Shown: one piece after another, positions 15,984 through 16,767 of the stretch
Position numbering within the stretch: position 1 is the stretch's first letter
How the letters are laid out: each line of letters begins with the position of its first letter
Source: a bacterium
Lineage (GTDB): Bacteria; Krumholzibacteriota; Krumholzibacteriia; LZORAL124-64-63
Length of the DNA stretch: 16,767 nt
Assembly: GCA_031441465.1 (NCBI GenBank)
Contig: JANOEP010000020.1
Coordinates: 1 to 16,767, forward strand
Reading direction: 5' to 3'
Notes under the pieces: model-generated
Databases searched by the model: none
What the model was told of the DNA's origin: nothing
Seen by the model: only the letters and a program-made list of their open reading frames with translations
Made by a program: the position numbers and the translations under genes

Positions 15984-16505
15984 ATGATCAACGCGATGAT
16001 GCAGAGGCTCTTCGGCAAGAAGTCGCAGCGCGATTTCAAGCGCATGCAACCGTTGCTCGACGAGGTGAAACGGGCTCGGGCCCCCTTCGCCGCGCTGGAC
16101 GACGACGCCCTGCGCGCCAAGACCGAGGAGTTCCGCCGCCGCCACGCCGACGGTGAGAGCCTCGACGACCTGCTGCCCGAAGCCTACGGCCTGGTCTGGG
16201 AGGCCTGCCGCCGCCTGGCCGAGCGCCGGGCGGTCTGGCCGGTCTGGGAGCGCCAGGTGGCCTGGGACATGGTGCCCTACGACGTCCAGATCGTCGGTGC
16301 GATCGTGCTGCACCAGGGCAAGATCGCCGAGATGGCCACCGGCGAAGGCAAGACCCTGGTCGCGGTGATGCCCCTGTACCTCAACGCCCTGCCCGGCAAG
16401 GGCGCCCACCTGGTGACGGTCAACGACTACCTGGCCCGCCGCGACGCCGAGTGCTCAATTGGAGACTTTATCTTGGGTCAATTTTCAGTAATCTACAGAA
16501 ATTAG
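15984..16505 (+). pseudogene. secA: preprotein translocase ATPase SecA, truncated 5' fragment (SecA-like to 16453)
   Basis: Motifs [38 protein letters not shown] (Walker A) and [15 protein letters not shown]. The expected WM is replaced by an unrelated 17-aa tail and a stop at 16505. GGAGG RBS upstream. Confidence 0.9.
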
Positions 16506-16538
16506 CGTGAAAAAACGCAGAAAATAACGAAAAAACAC

Positions 16539-16572
16539 GTTTTTTCGAATAATTTAAATTAATCGAAAAAAC
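16539..16572. repeat. 34-bp near-perfect palindrome
   Basis: gttttttcgaataattt|aaattaatcgaaaaaac, one mismatched pair. Confidence 0.85.
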
Positions 16573-16578
16573 CTGTTT

Positions 16579-16622
16579 TTTGTACTTCTGTGAGTCAGAA
16601 TTCTGACTATAAGAGGTACAAA
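16579..16622. repeat. 44-bp imperfect palindrome with perfect 16-bp core
   Basis: tttgtacttctgtgagtcagaa|ttctgactataagaggtacaaa. The arms match at 18 of 22 positions, and the core agtcagaattctgact (16593-16608) is perfect. Confidence 0.85.
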
Positions 16623-16767
16623 TCGAAAACAAAAATGTTGCATCGAAAATTTCAAAAGCCACTTTTGTTCAGAATAGAGCCCTGACTCGAGTGGACCTAG
16701 CGTAGGAGCGGCCAATTCGATCCGGGAGCGCATCGCCGCAATCCCTTCGGCCCGCAGCATTTCGGCC

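Larger units (their letters stand above)
16454..16680. other. AT-rich foreign segment interrupting secA
   Basis: Abrupt composition shift: 15 of 60 bases are G+C in 16501-16560, against a strongly GC-rich flank. Contains A/T tracts and several inverted repeats, and no credible ORF. Confidence 0.85.

Noticed and set aside
16452..16505. Intein start in SecA (tail CSIGDFIL resembles intein block A, e.g. CISGDSLI)
   Set aside because: The frame stops after 17 codons, the Cys codon is created by the junction itself, and the next native SecA residue would be Trp rather than the required Cys/Ser/Thr.
16451..16680. Group II intron inserted in secA
   Set aside because: The boundary reads GTGCT rather than GTGYG, and no domain V or RT ORF is visible.
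16468..16760. Short minus-strand ORFs 16468-16662 and 16554-16760
   Set aside because: They are Phe/Lys/Ser-rich translations of A/T tracts with no motifs, and the second spans a composition junction.
1..16767. CRISPR array, tRNA or rRNA genes
   Set aside because: I saw no regularly spaced direct repeats or recognisable structural RNA sequences, and the intergenic gaps are short.

Overview
High-GC bacterial chromosomal segment. The FlgD-Ig/T9SS-like C-terminal domain on an M6 protease suggests an FCB-superphylum lineage such as Krumholzibacteriota or Latescibacterota (inference only). From left to right: the 5' part of an IS1-like zinc-ribbon/HTH transposase gene on the minus strand, absent from the ORF track and running off the left edge; an MltD-type LysM lytic transglycosylase (minus strand); then a divergent plus-strand run of a GAF-like/GGEEF diguanylate cyclase, comEC, purC, purH, guaA, an M6-family secreted metalloprotease, an Slt-type lytic transglycosylase, a CTP-dependent polyprenol/phytol-kinase-like membrane protein and secA. 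secA breaks off after 156 codons (about 16453) into a ~230-bp AT-rich, palindrome-rich segment, followed by GC-rich DNA that is not secA, so this is either an insertion or an assembly chimera. Other oddities: comEC reads through a near-consensus sigma70 promoter and overlaps purC by 215 nt, PurH carries a His/Cys/Asp-rich linker insert, and the transposase may have a leaderless sigma54 promoter. Most of the window is housekeeping, and I cannot demonstrate a new multi-gene system from sequence alone.
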